Shown here: positions 36,733 through 46,472 of the stretch, piece after piece | How the letters are laid out: each line of letters begins with the position of its first letter | How positions within the stretch are numbered: position 1 is the first letter of the stretch | From: an uncultured bacterium | Lineage (GTDB): Bacteria > Myxococcota_A > UBA796 > CAJQPC01 | Assembly: GCA_905480105.1 (NCBI GenBank) | Contig: CAJQPC010000113.1 | Span: 26,705-90,704 of the forward strand | DNA length: 64,000 bases | Direction: 5' to 3' | Notes under the pieces: generated by a model | What the model saw: only the letters and a program-made list of their open reading frames with translations | The model's database searches: none | Told to the model about the DNA's origin: nothing | Program-made: the position numbers and the translations under genes

Positions 36733-37668
36733 GTGGCCGGCATCGGTGTCATCACCAACCCACACTCTCGCCGCAATCGGCGCAACCCGAAGCTGGCCCA
36801 GCAGTTGGCCTGCATTCTGGGGGAGCAGGGTACGTTGGAGATGCCGCACGACCTGGCCGCCTTGGACAAGGTCGCCCGGCTTTTTTTAGAGCGGGAAGTA
36901 GAGGTGGTGGCCATCAACGGTGGCGACGGCACAAACCACCGGGTGCTCAGTGCGCTTCTGCGGGTCTATGGAGAGCACCCACTTCCAATCATCGCAATGC
37001 TGCGTGGGGGCACGATGAACACTGCGGCTCATGGTTTAGGAATCACCGGCAGGCCCCAGGCCTTGCTGGGGCAGCTCACCAGCCTTTATGCCGGCGGCTC
37101 TCCCCTGCCGCTTACGGAGCGCAACTTGGTGTTGGTGGACGACAACGCCGGATTTATCTTTGGCAACGGCTTGGTCAGCCGTTTCCTGGAGGCCTACTAC
37201 GAGGGCTCGGAGCCCTCTCCAGCCAAGGCAGCTTGGCTCTTGACCAAGGCGGTTGGATCAGCGTTGATTCAGGGCCCCTTCGTTCGCCATCTCACGGCGC
37301 CGATACATGCCGAGGTACACTTGGATGGGCACCTCTGGCCGACCCTGCCTTGGACGACCATCGGCGTGGCCACGGTCGACGACATCGGGCTAGGGTTCCG
37401 CCCTTTTCATGAGGTGGTCCAGCACCCGGGCACCCTCCAAGCGGTTGGCTTTGGCTGCTCGCCTATGCGCTTCGCCAAAGCCCTGCCGTCGGCCTATTGG
37501 GGGCGGCCCATAGATGACCCGGCGATCATCTCCGGCTTGGGGACGGAGCTGGTCATCTCGGCTGAAGGTCCCCAGTCCTACATGATCGACGGGGACTTTC
37601 ACCACGGGGGCCAGAGGATCCATGTGCGGCTTGGGCCCCGGGTGCGCTTGGTGACTTTGAGAGCTTAG
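36733..37668 (+). CDS. diacylglycerol/lipid kinase catalytic-domain (DAGK/NAD-kinase-like) protein
   Basis: GVITNPHSRRN, AINGGDGTNHRV and MLRGGTMNTAAHGLG match the DAGK_cat pattern. GTG start lies 23 nt from the divergent C26 gene. Confidence 0.65.
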   Translation: MAGIGVITNPHSRRNRRNPKLAQQLACILGEQGTLEMPHDLAALDKVARLFLEREVEVVAINGGDGTNHRVLSALLRVYGEHPLPIIAMLRGGTMNTAAHGLGITGRPQALLGQLTSLYAGGSPLPLTERNLVLVDDNAGFIFGNGLVSRFLEAYYEGSEPSPAKAAWLLTKAVGSALIQGPFVRHLTAPIHAEVHLDGHLWPTLPWTTIGVATVDDIGLGFRPFHEVVQHPGTLQAVGFGCSPMRFAKALPSAYWGRPIDDPAIISGLGTELVISAEGPQSYMIDGDFHHGGQRIHVRLGPRVRLVTLRA

Positions 37669-37814
37669 GGTGAGCGCCAAAAGGGAGGTCGCTCATGCTG
37701 TTGGAATGAGTCGGGCCTGCGGCTTATTTTTCGACTTGGCGCTTGGGCCTCATGTTCACGGCGGGAGATTCCGCATTGTGGGCTGTAAGGCAATTCCGCC
37801 ACGAGGACCGTACA

Positions 37815-38861
37815 ATGAGTCTCCGAATTGAGCCCCTCGTGGAACTTGACCAAGCCCGTGCCCTTTCGCGGTGTGTGTATGAGACCTGCGGTCTGACCCA
37901 TCACAGACGCTGGCTCTACGAGCCGCAGCAGGCGCTGGCCTACAATCAGGCCGGGTACGTCACCAGCTTCGTCGCGATGGAAGGGGACCGCTGCGTGGGC
38001 CATCTGGCTGCCATTCGTCCATTCTTTGAGTTCGATTCTCTGGCGCCGCCCGTGGTGGAGCCCAAGTACCGGGAGATCGGACTGAGCATCGTGGCCGACT
38101 CTCACCCTGCTGGAGAGGTGCGGGCATTGTTAACGAGCGCACTCTACGGTTGGGCCATCGAGGCGGGCTTCGAGGGCTTGGTCAATCGCTGTGCCACCCA
38201 CAGCCCAGAGGAGCAGGTCTTGGAGCGTGCCATGGGCGGGGTGCCGACGGCGATGCTGTTGGGCTCTGTGCCCCTGGCGACCGGCGGTGAGATGGACGGG
38301 CGCTCGCTGAGCACTTTGGTGAGCTGGGTGCCGATGCGAGGAACGAAGCCCCAAAAGGTCTACATTCCGCGTATCGACCGGGACCTGTATGCGGCGATCT
38401 ATGATGAACTGGGCGAAGACCGCGAGATCTGCGAGGCCAGTGATCTGCCATCCATCGGGCCCAGCACCCAGCTGCGGGTTCACTTCGACCCAAACCGGAA
38501 GGTGGGTCGGGTGCATGTACTCGATGCGGGGCCGGACTTGGCTCGGCGGGTGCTGGAGCAGGTGGAGTGGATGTTGGGTGGGAACATCCAGCATGTGGCC
38601 GTCTACTCTCCGATGACTTCTCCGTTCACTGCCCGGGCGTTGCTTGAGCTCAAGGGCCACGGCCTTTGCTTTGGCGGCATGGTGCCAGGAGTAGATGGCG
38701 AGGACCTGATGGTGCTCCAGGGTCTGAGAAACCTGGACATTCGAGAGGAAGCCATCCACGTGATGGAGCCGCTGGGCCAGCGCCTGCTGGACCGGGCCTT
38801 GGCCGACTGGCGCCAGAGCCGTGGACTGCAGCATCGACCCCGTTGGATCGAGGCGGTTTAG
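37815..38861 (+). CDS. hypothetical protein, possibly tandem GNAT-like fold
   Basis: Start MSLRIEP (ATG 37815). Acetyltransferase-like strand-helix text (FVAMEGDRCVGHLAAIRP...GLSIVADSHPAGEVRALLTSALYGWAIEAGFEGLV). No clear Q/RxxGxG/A motif. Weak call. Confidence 0.35.
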   Translation: MSLRIEPLVELDQARALSRCVYETCGLTHHRRWLYEPQQALAYNQAGYVTSFVAMEGDRCVGHLAAIRPFFEFDSLAPPVVEPKYREIGLSIVADSHPAGEVRALLTSALYGWAIEAGFEGLVNRCATHSPEEQVLERAMGGVPTAMLLGSVPLATGGEMDGRSLSTLVSWVPMRGTKPQKVYIPRIDRDLYAAIYDELGEDREICEASDLPSIGPSTQLRVHFDPNRKVGRVHVLDAGPDLARRVLEQVEWMLGGNIQHVAVYSPMTSPFTARALLELKGHGLCFGGMVPGVDGEDLMVLQGLRNLDIREEAIHVMEPLGQRLLDRALADWRQSRGLQHRPRWIEAV

Positions 38862-39111
38862 GCCTGTTCCACGGCTTGAGCGACCAAGGCGCAGAAATCC
38901 ATGCCTGTGAAGGGGCTTGTGTCGGCTTGGCTTTTGGGGGGTAGGTGGCAGTCGCACTGCGTGTAGGGGACGCGCGGGTAGAAGTGACTTGCGGACTGGC
39001 CGGGATTTGGCTTGAACCCAACAAGAGAGGTCAGCCTTGGCCCCCCTTTTAAGGGGTCGGTGTTGGAGCACCCAAGGGGGCCGAATCTTGACCCCCTCAG
39101 CGCGCCGGCCC

Positions 39112-42033
39112 CTACCTCAGTTCAAAGCGGTAGACCCCCACTCCAGCCATCAACTCGTCTCCGGGCTGGATCTGTATCGGGCGCCCGTCTTGGGGAAGTG
39201 TCTGGAAGCTTTGTCCAGGCTTACGCTGGAAGAAGGGAGCGAACAAACCGGAATCTAGCTGGTAGCTCTCCAGGTAGTTCATGATCTTGGCTCCAACGCC
39301 GTCGAAGTGGAGGGTCGCGACGATGGGACCCAAACGCATTCGGTGCTTTGTTCCCAATGGCAAGCCCTGAGTAAACAGGCTGGCCACAATGCGGTTGCTT
39401 AGATCGATGGCCAGCAGTCGACCCCGTGGATCGGGGACCTCGGTCTTGGGCTCCAATTCCAGCTGCACGGCAAAATCTTCGTCGCCGTCCTCATCGCGTC
39501 TGATGATCTCGATCAAGACCTCGTCCAGCCCCTTGGCTTTGGAGATCGACTCCCCGTGCCGGCTAAGCCTGGCCTGGTCCGCGGAGAGCAGCTCGATGTT
39601 GCCGCGTTGGCCACGGACGCGCAGGCTGCAGTAGGTCTGCTCCTCGAAGAGCTGACCGGCTTGCACCTGATTTTCGGGTACCACCACATCACAGCCGTGG
39701 TGGTTGCCGATCGTTACCTCGCCACTCAGGGCCCAGCCGATGTGGACCAAGCGCGCGGGGCTAGCCAGCTGGTGTTGGATCTCATCCTCGTCCACGATGG
39801 CCACGCCCACCTGCTCAGCGATGAAATCCTGCACATCATGTGGGTTGAACACAGCAGAATCGTCGCGCTTGGTGCCCGCCAACGGGTCCGGGCGCTGCGG
39901 TGTCTCTTCTTCGTCGACCTGTAGAACGCTTGGGCTGTTCGGGTCCAAGCCCATCAGAGAGTCGTAGCCGTGGGAAGTGATCCTGGGCATCTCTGGGGGG
40001 AGCCCCTCTTCGCCCAGACCTGCAGCTGCTGGGAGATCCGTTGTCTTGGGGGCCTGTGATGGATTGAGCAGTGGATCCAAGGATGGTTTCGGGGCGCTCG
40101 ACGGCGGCCTGCTTGGACTCTCAAGATTGGGGGTGTCTCCGGCACCACTGCGAGCGTTCAAGATTTCATCGATCAGGCTTGCGGGAGGCTTGCTGCTGCG
40201 GTCGGCGCGGCGACGCTCACGGTCCAAGGTGTCTTCCTTGGTGGAGTCTGCCCAGCTGTCACCGTCCGCGGCTTTGGCCAGGCTCGCGGCGGTGAATGTT
40301 TTCTTGGGAGTGTTTTCACCCTTGCTGCCGTAGGAGACGCTGAACAGGCAATTCCCGACCAGGATTTCGTCGCCGCTCTGCAAGAGCAGAGTGCGGTTCC
40401 CGTCTTGTTTGGTAGGAACCAAAGGGTGTACCTGGCCCTGGCGCCGCACGTAGGTGTAGCAGTGCTTGGCGATGCTGGTCAGCTCTGGCTCGTTGGCCAA
40501 GTCAATCTCGGCGTGCTTTGAGGCCACCATGATCGAGTCGGTGTAGAACTGGTTCTTGTTTATCTCTCCAGATCGGGATCGAATGACCCCGGAGCTGCTG
40601 TTGTCCAGCCAGGCGATGTTGTCGTTGTGGGGCTCGTCTGGAAGCTGAACCTTGTTCTGGCGGTCCCGGCCGATGCCGTAAGTACCGCCAAAGATCATGT
40701 GGGTTCTGGTCGCTGGGCGCAGTATCTCCCCCAGGTAGGGCCAGCCGGGCGTCTGGGTGCTGCTCAGGTCTCGGTATTGCAGAACGTGCGGTCCTACCTG
40801 GAGACTCAGGTCGCCCAATATTGGCTGAGGGGTCTCCAAAGCTATGGTGGTTCCGTCCACCCGGACCTGGGGCTTGTGTACGACAAGGCTGACTTGGTTG
40901 GCCCGCACTTGGAAGGTTGCTGCGCGGTCTAAGGTGCGGGTGGTCAGAGCTCCATTGCCGCTTACGTATACGTCGTAGCCTTGCATGAAGTTGTGAAAGT
41001 GTACTTTTTGGAGCAGCGCGCCACTCTCCCGTAGGGTGAAGATGCGCTGTTGAATCGACTCCGGAACGATGGTCTTGTGACCCATGGACTCCAGGCTGTC
41101 TAGGCCCGTGAAGCTGGGCATGGGTTCGGCCAATACAGGGGTGGGCATAGCGATGCCCGGCAGGGACGTCGCCGAGGAGGGGGCGGATGGCTCCTCGGAG
41201 ACGACCGAGTCCAGTAGAGCTAGGATCAAGTGGGCGATGACCTCGCCGTTCATGTCCATCAGGGTCAGGACATTGGCTCCGGCTTCTTGGTCGGAAACCA
41301 CCGAGTACCGTGCCTGTAGATCCGGGTCGATAATGTGGACGAAGCTGCCGTCTAAGTACTGCTGAAGCCGGTACAGACCTGGCTCTTTGAAAGCAAAGTG
41401 GCTGAAGTTATCTAACCAGTGGGTACCAAGAGTGAAGCTGACTTGATCGGAGTAGAGCCGGCCAACTTCCTTGTAGCCCTCCCAGACATCCGGCAGGTTC
41501 AGGTGTACCGCTACGACCGGACGCGAGGTCTCGCTGGGCCCGGTGTAGTGGTTGGGCAGCAGGCCGGTGACGAACTCCCCAGGCTCCAGACCGTAGCTTT
41601 CGCCGGCCATCTCGGGGCCGCCGTCTGCGATAAGGTGAAAGCAGAGGCCTCGGGCGGCGAAGAGCAGGGGGAACGCCTCGTCCGTTGACAGCTGATCGAG
41701 CTGCTTGTCTAAGGCGCGGGCGGCGGTGTCTGTCCACGGCTCCTGGAGGTGAGTCAGACTGCGAGACCAGTCCGCACTGTTGATGACGATCAGAACATCG
41801 GTGAAGTCGGCTGTGGTGTCGCGTGTCCGGGAGCGCAGATGCGAGGCCAACCCGGAGCCGCTGGCCGGCTGCCAGATCAAGGTGGGATCGGCGATCAGGT
41901 CGCCATCTGCGCAATGTCTCTGCAGGCGTCCGTCAAACCAAGCTGCATCGGGCTCTAATCCCGCAGATTCTCCCGAGAGACCCTGGGCGTTTCCAGATGT
42001 GAACAAGCGCGAAATCCAATCCGATACAGCCAT
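39112..42033 (-). CDS. 973-aa multi-FHA-like cytoplasmic protein
   Basis: The ORF track extends to 42681, but that part is antisense to DUF1015. ATG 42033 follows GGAGGA (short spacer); ATG 42084 is an alternative. FHA-like text GIGRDRQNKVQLPD...VASKHAEIDL...LLLQSGDEILVGNCLFSVSY, a second VTIGNHHGCDVVVPEN...SLRVRGQRGNIELL, and a terminal IQIQPGDELMAGVGVYRFELR. Confidence 0.6.
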   Translation of the reverse strand: MAVSDWISRLFTSGNAQGLSGESAGLEPDAAWFDGRLQRHCADGDLIADPTLIWQPASGSGLASHLRSRTRDTTADFTDVLIVINSADWSRSLTHLQEPWTDTAARALDKQLDQLSTDEAFPLLFAARGLCFHLIADGGPEMAGESYGLEPGEFVTGLLPNHYTGPSETSRPVVAVHLNLPDVWEGYKEVGRLYSDQVSFTLGTHWLDNFSHFAFKEPGLYRLQQYLDGSFVHIIDPDLQARYSVVSDQEAGANVLTLMDMNGEVIAHLILALLDSVVSEEPSAPSSATSLPGIAMPTPVLAEPMPSFTGLDSLESMGHKTIVPESIQQRIFTLRESGALLQKVHFHNFMQGYDVYVSGNGALTTRTLDRAATFQVRANQVSLVVHKPQVRVDGTTIALETPQPILGDLSLQVGPHVLQYRDLSSTQTPGWPYLGEILRPATRTHMIFGGTYGIGRDRQNKVQLPDEPHNDNIAWLDNSSSGVIRSRSGEINKNQFYTDSIMVASKHAEIDLANEPELTSIAKHCYTYVRRQGQVHPLVPTKQDGNRTLLLQSGDEILVGNCLFSVSYGSKGENTPKKTFTAASLAKAADGDSWADSTKEDTLDRERRRADRSSKPPASLIDEILNARSGAGDTPNLESPSRPPSSAPKPSLDPLLNPSQAPKTTDLPAAAGLGEEGLPPEMPRITSHGYDSLMGLDPNSPSVLQVDEEETPQRPDPLAGTKRDDSAVFNPHDVQDFIAEQVGVAIVDEDEIQHQLASPARLVHIGWALSGEVTIGNHHGCDVVVPENQVQAGQLFEEQTYCSLRVRGQRGNIELLSADQARLSRHGESISKAKGLDEVLIEIIRRDEDGDEDFAVQLELEPKTEVPDPRGRLLAIDLSNRIVASLFTQGLPLGTKHRMRLGPIVATLHFDGVGAKIMNYLESYQLDSGLFAPFFQRKPGQSFQTLPQDGRPIQIQPGDELMAGVGVYRFELR

Positions 42034-42141
42034 TGATCCTCCGATAAGGACATCGTCTGTTGAACCTATTCTGTCGGGGCTCATTGTCGCAAAGACCGAA
42101 AGGCCTGGAAGGGTTATCCTGGCCCACTCAGGAGGCCTCCC

Positions 42142-43356
42142 ATGGCTCAGATCCGTCCCTTCCGTGGTGTTCGCGCCAACCCTGGGCACGCTGCCGCAGT
42201 GGTTGCGCCCCCCTACGACGTGCTGGATGAGGCCGAGGCCCGAGCCATCCTGGCGCGGCGTCCCGAGTCTTTCATTCAGGTGACCCGTCCCGAAGTGAAC
42301 TTGCCTCGTGGAACGGACTCCCACAGCGCAGAGGCCTATGCGGCGGCACATTTGGCTCTGCAGACTTTGTTGGCCAAGGGGATCCTTGAGCGGGAGGACA
42401 AGCCGAGTCTTTACCTGTACGGCCAGCGAATGGGCGAGCACCGGCAGACGGCGCTGATGGCTCTTTGCCCGACCGCCGACTACGACGCCGGGCTGATCAA
42501 GAAGCACGAGTTCACCCGTCCCGATAAAGAGCAGGACCGGGTGGACCACATCACCGGCGTAAACGCGCAGACGGGCCTGGTCTTTTTGGCCTATCGCCAG
42601 CAGGAGCAGGCCAAGGCGGCCCTGGACAGCGCCACAGCGGAGCACCTGTTCACGGTCACGAGCGAGGACGGGGTCGAGCATTCCCTGTCCCGGATCTCAG
42701 ATTCTGCTGACATCCAAGCCATCCAACTTGCTTTTGGAGGGATGGATGCGCTCTACATCGCCGATGGTCACCACCGCTCCGCCGCAGCCAGCCGAGTCGC
42801 ACAGGCCAGGAATGGCCAGGGGGAGGCGGGCTGGTTCCTGTGCGGAATCTTCCCAGACGACTCGCTTTATTGTATGGCTTATAACAGGTTAGTAAAGGAT
42901 CTTGGTGGGTTATCTCCGGCATCTCTCAAGCGAGAGTTGGCCGAGAATTTTGAGATTCAGGATGGCGTAGAAGCGCTTCCGACCGTGCGTGGCAGCTTTA
43001 CGATGTATTTGGATGGTATCTGGTCCCTGCTTACTCCCAAGGAAGGCGTGGTAGATCACAGTGACCCGGTTGCTCGCATTGACGCTGCGGTCCTTCAGGA
43101 TCGGGTGTTGGCTCCTCTGCTGGGTATTGAGGATCCAAGGCGCGACAAGCGCGTGGGCTTTGTGGGCGGCATTCGCGGTGCCCAGTACCTACAGGACGCC
43201 GTGGACCAGGGCCGAGCTGCCGTTGCGTTTCACATGTTCCCCACCGGCTTGGACCAGCTCTTCTCGGTTGCCGATGCTGACCGAGTCATGCCCCCTAAGT
43301 CCACTTGGTTTGAGCCCAAGTTGGCCGGTGGAATTTTGGTCCATACCCTGGATTAA
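42142..43356 (+). CDS. DUF1015 domain protein
   Basis: MAQIRPFRGVRANP...VVAPPYDVLDEAEAR, IADGHHRSAAA and MAYNRLVKDL are DUF1015 signature blocks. Confidence 0.8.
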   Translation: MAQIRPFRGVRANPGHAAAVVAPPYDVLDEAEARAILARRPESFIQVTRPEVNLPRGTDSHSAEAYAAAHLALQTLLAKGILEREDKPSLYLYGQRMGEHRQTALMALCPTADYDAGLIKKHEFTRPDKEQDRVDHITGVNAQTGLVFLAYRQQEQAKAALDSATAEHLFTVTSEDGVEHSLSRISDSADIQAIQLAFGGMDALYIADGHHRSAAASRVAQARNGQGEAGWFLCGIFPDDSLYCMAYNRLVKDLGGLSPASLKRELAENFEIQDGVEALPTVRGSFTMYLDGIWSLLTPKEGVVDHSDPVARIDAAVLQDRVLAPLLGIEDPRRDKRVGFVGGIRGAQYLQDAVDQGRAAVAFHMFPTGLDQLFSVADADRVMPPKSTWFEPKLAGGILVHTLD

Positions 43357-43401
43357 GCACCCGATCTGGTTGCCGCTCGGGGACGCTGTCATGTCGCCTT
43401 C

Positions 43402-43426
43402 GCGCCACCCCTCACAGGGTGGGCGC
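43402..43426 (-). terminator. GC-rich hairpin straddling the stop codon of the 43412-44614 gene
   Basis: GCGCCACCC / GGGTGGGCGC form 9 bp with one bulge and a 6-nt loop, in the 55-nt convergent spacer. No U-tract. Confidence 0.3.
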
Positions 43427-44614
43427 GGCCTGCACTGAGATCAACTCTCCCAGTCCTTTGGCGCGTTCCAAGGCATCCACGAATGTTGCGGCGGCGATCA
43501 CGCTGATCTGGACGCCCTGGTTGTTCTGGTACTCCGCGGTCCACAGCCGCATCTCAGCGTTTTTGTAGGCCGTACAGGCCACCGGAGAGAGACGCTCTTG
43601 GGCCGTGTTGACCAGCGTAGATGCTGGTTGCTTCACCTTTTCGGCAAAGGCTCGTGTGCGCGGATTCGTTTTCCGAGTGGCGGGACTCTCGGCTGACCGG
43701 GTCGCAGCCGGTGCCACAACTTGGATTTGCGGCGCAAAGCGCGGAGGAGAAGGGGGTTGACTCAGCCTCTTTTGCCTTGATTTCGCGACGGGGGACGCAG
43801 GTTCTTCTAAGTGCACCGCGGCACGAGACAGAGCCTTGGTGACGCGCGCTGCGGCCAGCGCGCTGTGTTTGGCCCCGTCAGGCTCATCGTCGCCACCGGA
43901 GGCGGCACGGCCGGTGGTGCTTGAGGCGGTCCTGGGCGCGCGGCGCCTGCGGACTCGGCCGTCGCCTTCGACTTGGGGAGGCGGCCTCGAGGTCAAGCTC
44001 GCGGACGGGCTCGCCGGTTTCAGGCCCCGCATCTCTTCACTACGCTCTGCGCTGACCACTCGCCGGCGACGGCTGGTTTCTGGCTCGTCGGAGGCTCTCA
44101 TGACGGGAGCGTCCTCGCTGCGAATCCTACCCAGGGTGTTGGCCAGCTTTAGGGCCCCTTCGTCCACGCGGCTGCTGGTGCGCTCGGGTTCCACTCGGCT
44201 TCGGGTGCGTTTGACCACCACGGTGGGCACGACGGACTCCGAGCGGCTGTAGTGCTCACGGGGCGGGCGTTCAGGCCGAGGGGGCTTGGCTTTTTTCGGC
44301 TTACGCACCTTGGGCTTGGGCAGGGTCTTGGGATTGAACGCTGCGATTTGGCGGCGCAAGCGTGCGCCTTTGACGAGCTCTGGAGTCACTCCAAGATCGG
44401 CTGCCAAACTATCGTCTGGGCAAGAACCCAGTCGATCTGCTGCGTTGAGCAGCTCGGGTGGCTCATTGGTCAAGCCGCAGCGCTGTGCAGCACGGCGTAG
44501 GCGCCTTGGATTGGTGCCAAAGCGCTTGGCCAAAGCCCGTAGGGATTCGTTGCCGTAGAGATGAGTGAACTCTTCCCACCAAGGCTCTTGCTGAGCCGCG
44601 TTGGTTTGATCCAT
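43412..44614 (-). CDS. hypothetical protein: short HTH-like N-terminus, long basic disordered middle, small C-terminal domain
   Basis: ESLRALAKRFGTNPRRLRRAAQRCGL and DSLAADLGVTPELVKGARLRR, then about 230 aa that are R/K/P/S/A-rich. Folded-looking end CTAYKNAEMRLWTAEYQNNQGVQISVIAAATFVDALERAKGLG. Confidence 0.45.
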   Translation of the reverse strand: MDQTNAAQQEPWWEEFTHLYGNESLRALAKRFGTNPRRLRRAAQRCGLTNEPPELLNAADRLGSCPDDSLAADLGVTPELVKGARLRRQIAAFNPKTLPKPKVRKPKKAKPPRPERPPREHYSRSESVVPTVVVKRTRSRVEPERTSSRVDEGALKLANTLGRIRSEDAPVMRASDEPETSRRRRVVSAERSEEMRGLKPASPSASLTSRPPPQVEGDGRVRRRRAPRTASSTTGRAASGGDDEPDGAKHSALAAARVTKALSRAAVHLEEPASPVAKSRQKRLSQPPSPPRFAPQIQVVAPAATRSAESPATRKTNPRTRAFAEKVKQPASTLVNTAQERLSPVACTAYKNAEMRLWTAEYQNNQGVQISVIAAATFVDALERAKGLGELISVQAAPTL

Positions 44615-44840
44615 CTGTGCTTTCTCTCTTCCGACGTGGAGTTCCCGCGTCTGGTTTCGGTGGCGGCGCCTAATGGGTCTCTTGGGAACTTTGGATGCTG
44701 CGTTCTTACACGGTCGATCCGCTGGCCCTCAGCTCATGACTCTCACGTTCAGCGTATGTCGTCAATGCGGAAATGCACGCCCTGTCTGCTTCGCTGACCA
44801 GAGTGCATTGCACAACTCCTCTTCCTCGGGTAGTGCGCGA

Positions 44841-46448
44841 ATGTCCGGAGGACCTGTGGCTTTTTGTGTGTTTCTACTCACCCTTCTCTTTCCAGTGGCC
44901 CAAGCCCAGGGGCTTCCAAGTTGTGAGAGTCCAGCTCAGGCCGCCGATACCCTTCTCGCCCTGCTCCAGGCGAACGACTACCGGCCCAAGGAAGCTGCGG
45001 CGTGCTTGAACCTGTCCCCAGAGGCTCAGGCCAAGGGGCCCAAGCTGGCTACTCAGCTCAAGGAAGTCCTGGATGCACGTGGCTATTACATCAAGGTGGC
45101 GGAGCTACCGGGGCCCGACGAGGTCATTCCGGCCGACCTAAATAGCTTCATCCTGGTGGACGCCGAGCCGGTGATTTACCTGGAGAGGGTGGACGACCGT
45201 TGGCTCTGGTCCTCGGACACAGTCCGCGCCATCCCTGAGCTGCATGCCCAGACCTTCTCCGGGTTTGGGAGTTGGGTGCGCAATGTGCTACCCGCCAGCT
45301 TCCTGAGTCCACTGGTGGGTCCCCTAAAGCCTTGGCAGTTCGTGGTCTTTGCGCTGCTGCTTCTGGCTGCGTTTCTGGGGGCCTTGCTGGTCAACTTGGT
45401 GCTTCGAAACTGGTTGCTTCGGCTGGTCAAGAGCTGGGGCTTGGCCATCGACGAGCAGACCTTTGAGCGCACACGAGGCCCGGTCCGCGCCCTGGTCTTT
45501 TGCGCAATCTTCTTGGTGGGAATCAGCGAGATGGCCTTGCCTGTGCAGGCAAGCGTCGTGCTTCTCTTCATGACACGGGTTGCCCTGGCTGGCATTGCGG
45601 TGGTCATAGGGTTGCGGTGGACCGATGTTTTCGCGGGCGTGTTTAAGCAGCGCGCTGCTCAGACGGAGACGCGGATGGACGACCAGTTGGTGCCGCTTTT
45701 GGCACGTCTGGTCAAGTTCGTTGTGGCGGCTACCGCCTTGGTCTTTGTGCTCTCCAACCTGGGCATTGATGTCGGTGGGCTGATCGCGGGCCTGGGTATT
45801 GGTGGCATTGCGATTGCCTTTGGTGCCCAGGACACGGTGGCCAACTTATTTGGCAGCATCACAATCTTCGCCGATCGACCTTTTCAGGTTGGGGACTGGG
45901 TGAGGATTGGGAACGTAGAGGGTGCGGTGGAAGACGTGGGCTTTCGCAGCACGCGCATCCGCGCGGTGTCCTCGTCTCTGGTTACCGTTCCAAATCGCAC
46001 GGTGGCCGGCGCCGAAATCGACAACTTAGGACAGCGGTCTGCGCGTAGAACGAGCACTACTTTGGGGTTGACCTACGGCACCGATCGCTTGCGTCTTCAG
46101 GCCTTTATTGATGGGGTAACCCAGGTTATCAATGCTCATCCTGCCACGTTGCCAGGGCCTATCGTGGAGCTCAAGGACTTCGGCGCAAGCAGTCTGGACG
46201 TGATGGTGGTCTTTAGTATGAGAGCACCGGACTACGCCGCTGAGTGCAGGTTCCGAGGGCAGATCTACATGACCTTCATTGCGCTGGGCGAGACCCTCGA
46301 GGTGGACTTTGCTTTCCCAAGTCAGTCTTTGTACTTGGAGAGCACCCCAGAGCGGCCCCTTCAAGGCAAGCAGGGCCTCACTGCGGGGGTGTTGCAGGCG
46401 CGCATCGATGCCTTGGCACCCCTGCCTGATCCAGGCCAAGACGGTTAG
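44841..46448 (+). CDS. mechanosensitive ion channel (MscS family) with periplasmic N-terminal domain
   Basis: Start MSGGPVAFCVFLLTLLFPVAQA (ATG 44841). TM3/beta-domain block TVANLFGSITIFADRPFQVGDWVRIGNVEGAVEDVGFRSTRIR. Confidence 0.85.
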   Translation: MSGGPVAFCVFLLTLLFPVAQAQGLPSCESPAQAADTLLALLQANDYRPKEAAACLNLSPEAQAKGPKLATQLKEVLDARGYYIKVAELPGPDEVIPADLNSFILVDAEPVIYLERVDDRWLWSSDTVRAIPELHAQTFSGFGSWVRNVLPASFLSPLVGPLKPWQFVVFALLLLAAFLGALLVNLVLRNWLLRLVKSWGLAIDEQTFERTRGPVRALVFCAIFLVGISEMALPVQASVVLLFMTRVALAGIAVVIGLRWTDVFAGVFKQRAAQTETRMDDQLVPLLARLVKFVVAATALVFVLSNLGIDVGGLIAGLGIGGIAIAFGAQDTVANLFGSITIFADRPFQVGDWVRIGNVEGAVEDVGFRSTRIRAVSSSLVTVPNRTVAGAEIDNLGQRSARRTSTTLGLTYGTDRLRLQAFIDGVTQVINAHPATLPGPIVELKDFGASSLDVMVVFSMRAPDYAAECRFRGQIYMTFIALGETLEVDFAFPSQSLYLESTPERPLQGKQGLTAGVLQARIDALAPLPDPGQDG

Positions 46449-46472
46449 GAACTCCAGGGCTGACCCACCAGA

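Noticed and set aside
38862-39111. Possible tRNA or structured RNA in the 250-nt convergent spacer (GGCTTGAACCCAAC looked T-arm-like; CCCCTT-TT-AAGGGG hairpin).
   Set aside because: The loop does not match the T-loop consensus, and no complementary acceptor stem or D-arm could be found. The hairpin loop is too small to form.
42034-42681. N-terminal 216 codons of the 1189-aa ORF 39112-42681.
   Set aside because: The text is low-information (RLGLLLLAIGQKDQARLRV...) and lies antisense to the well-supported DUF1015 gene. An internal ATG with GGAGGA upstream gives a sensible start.
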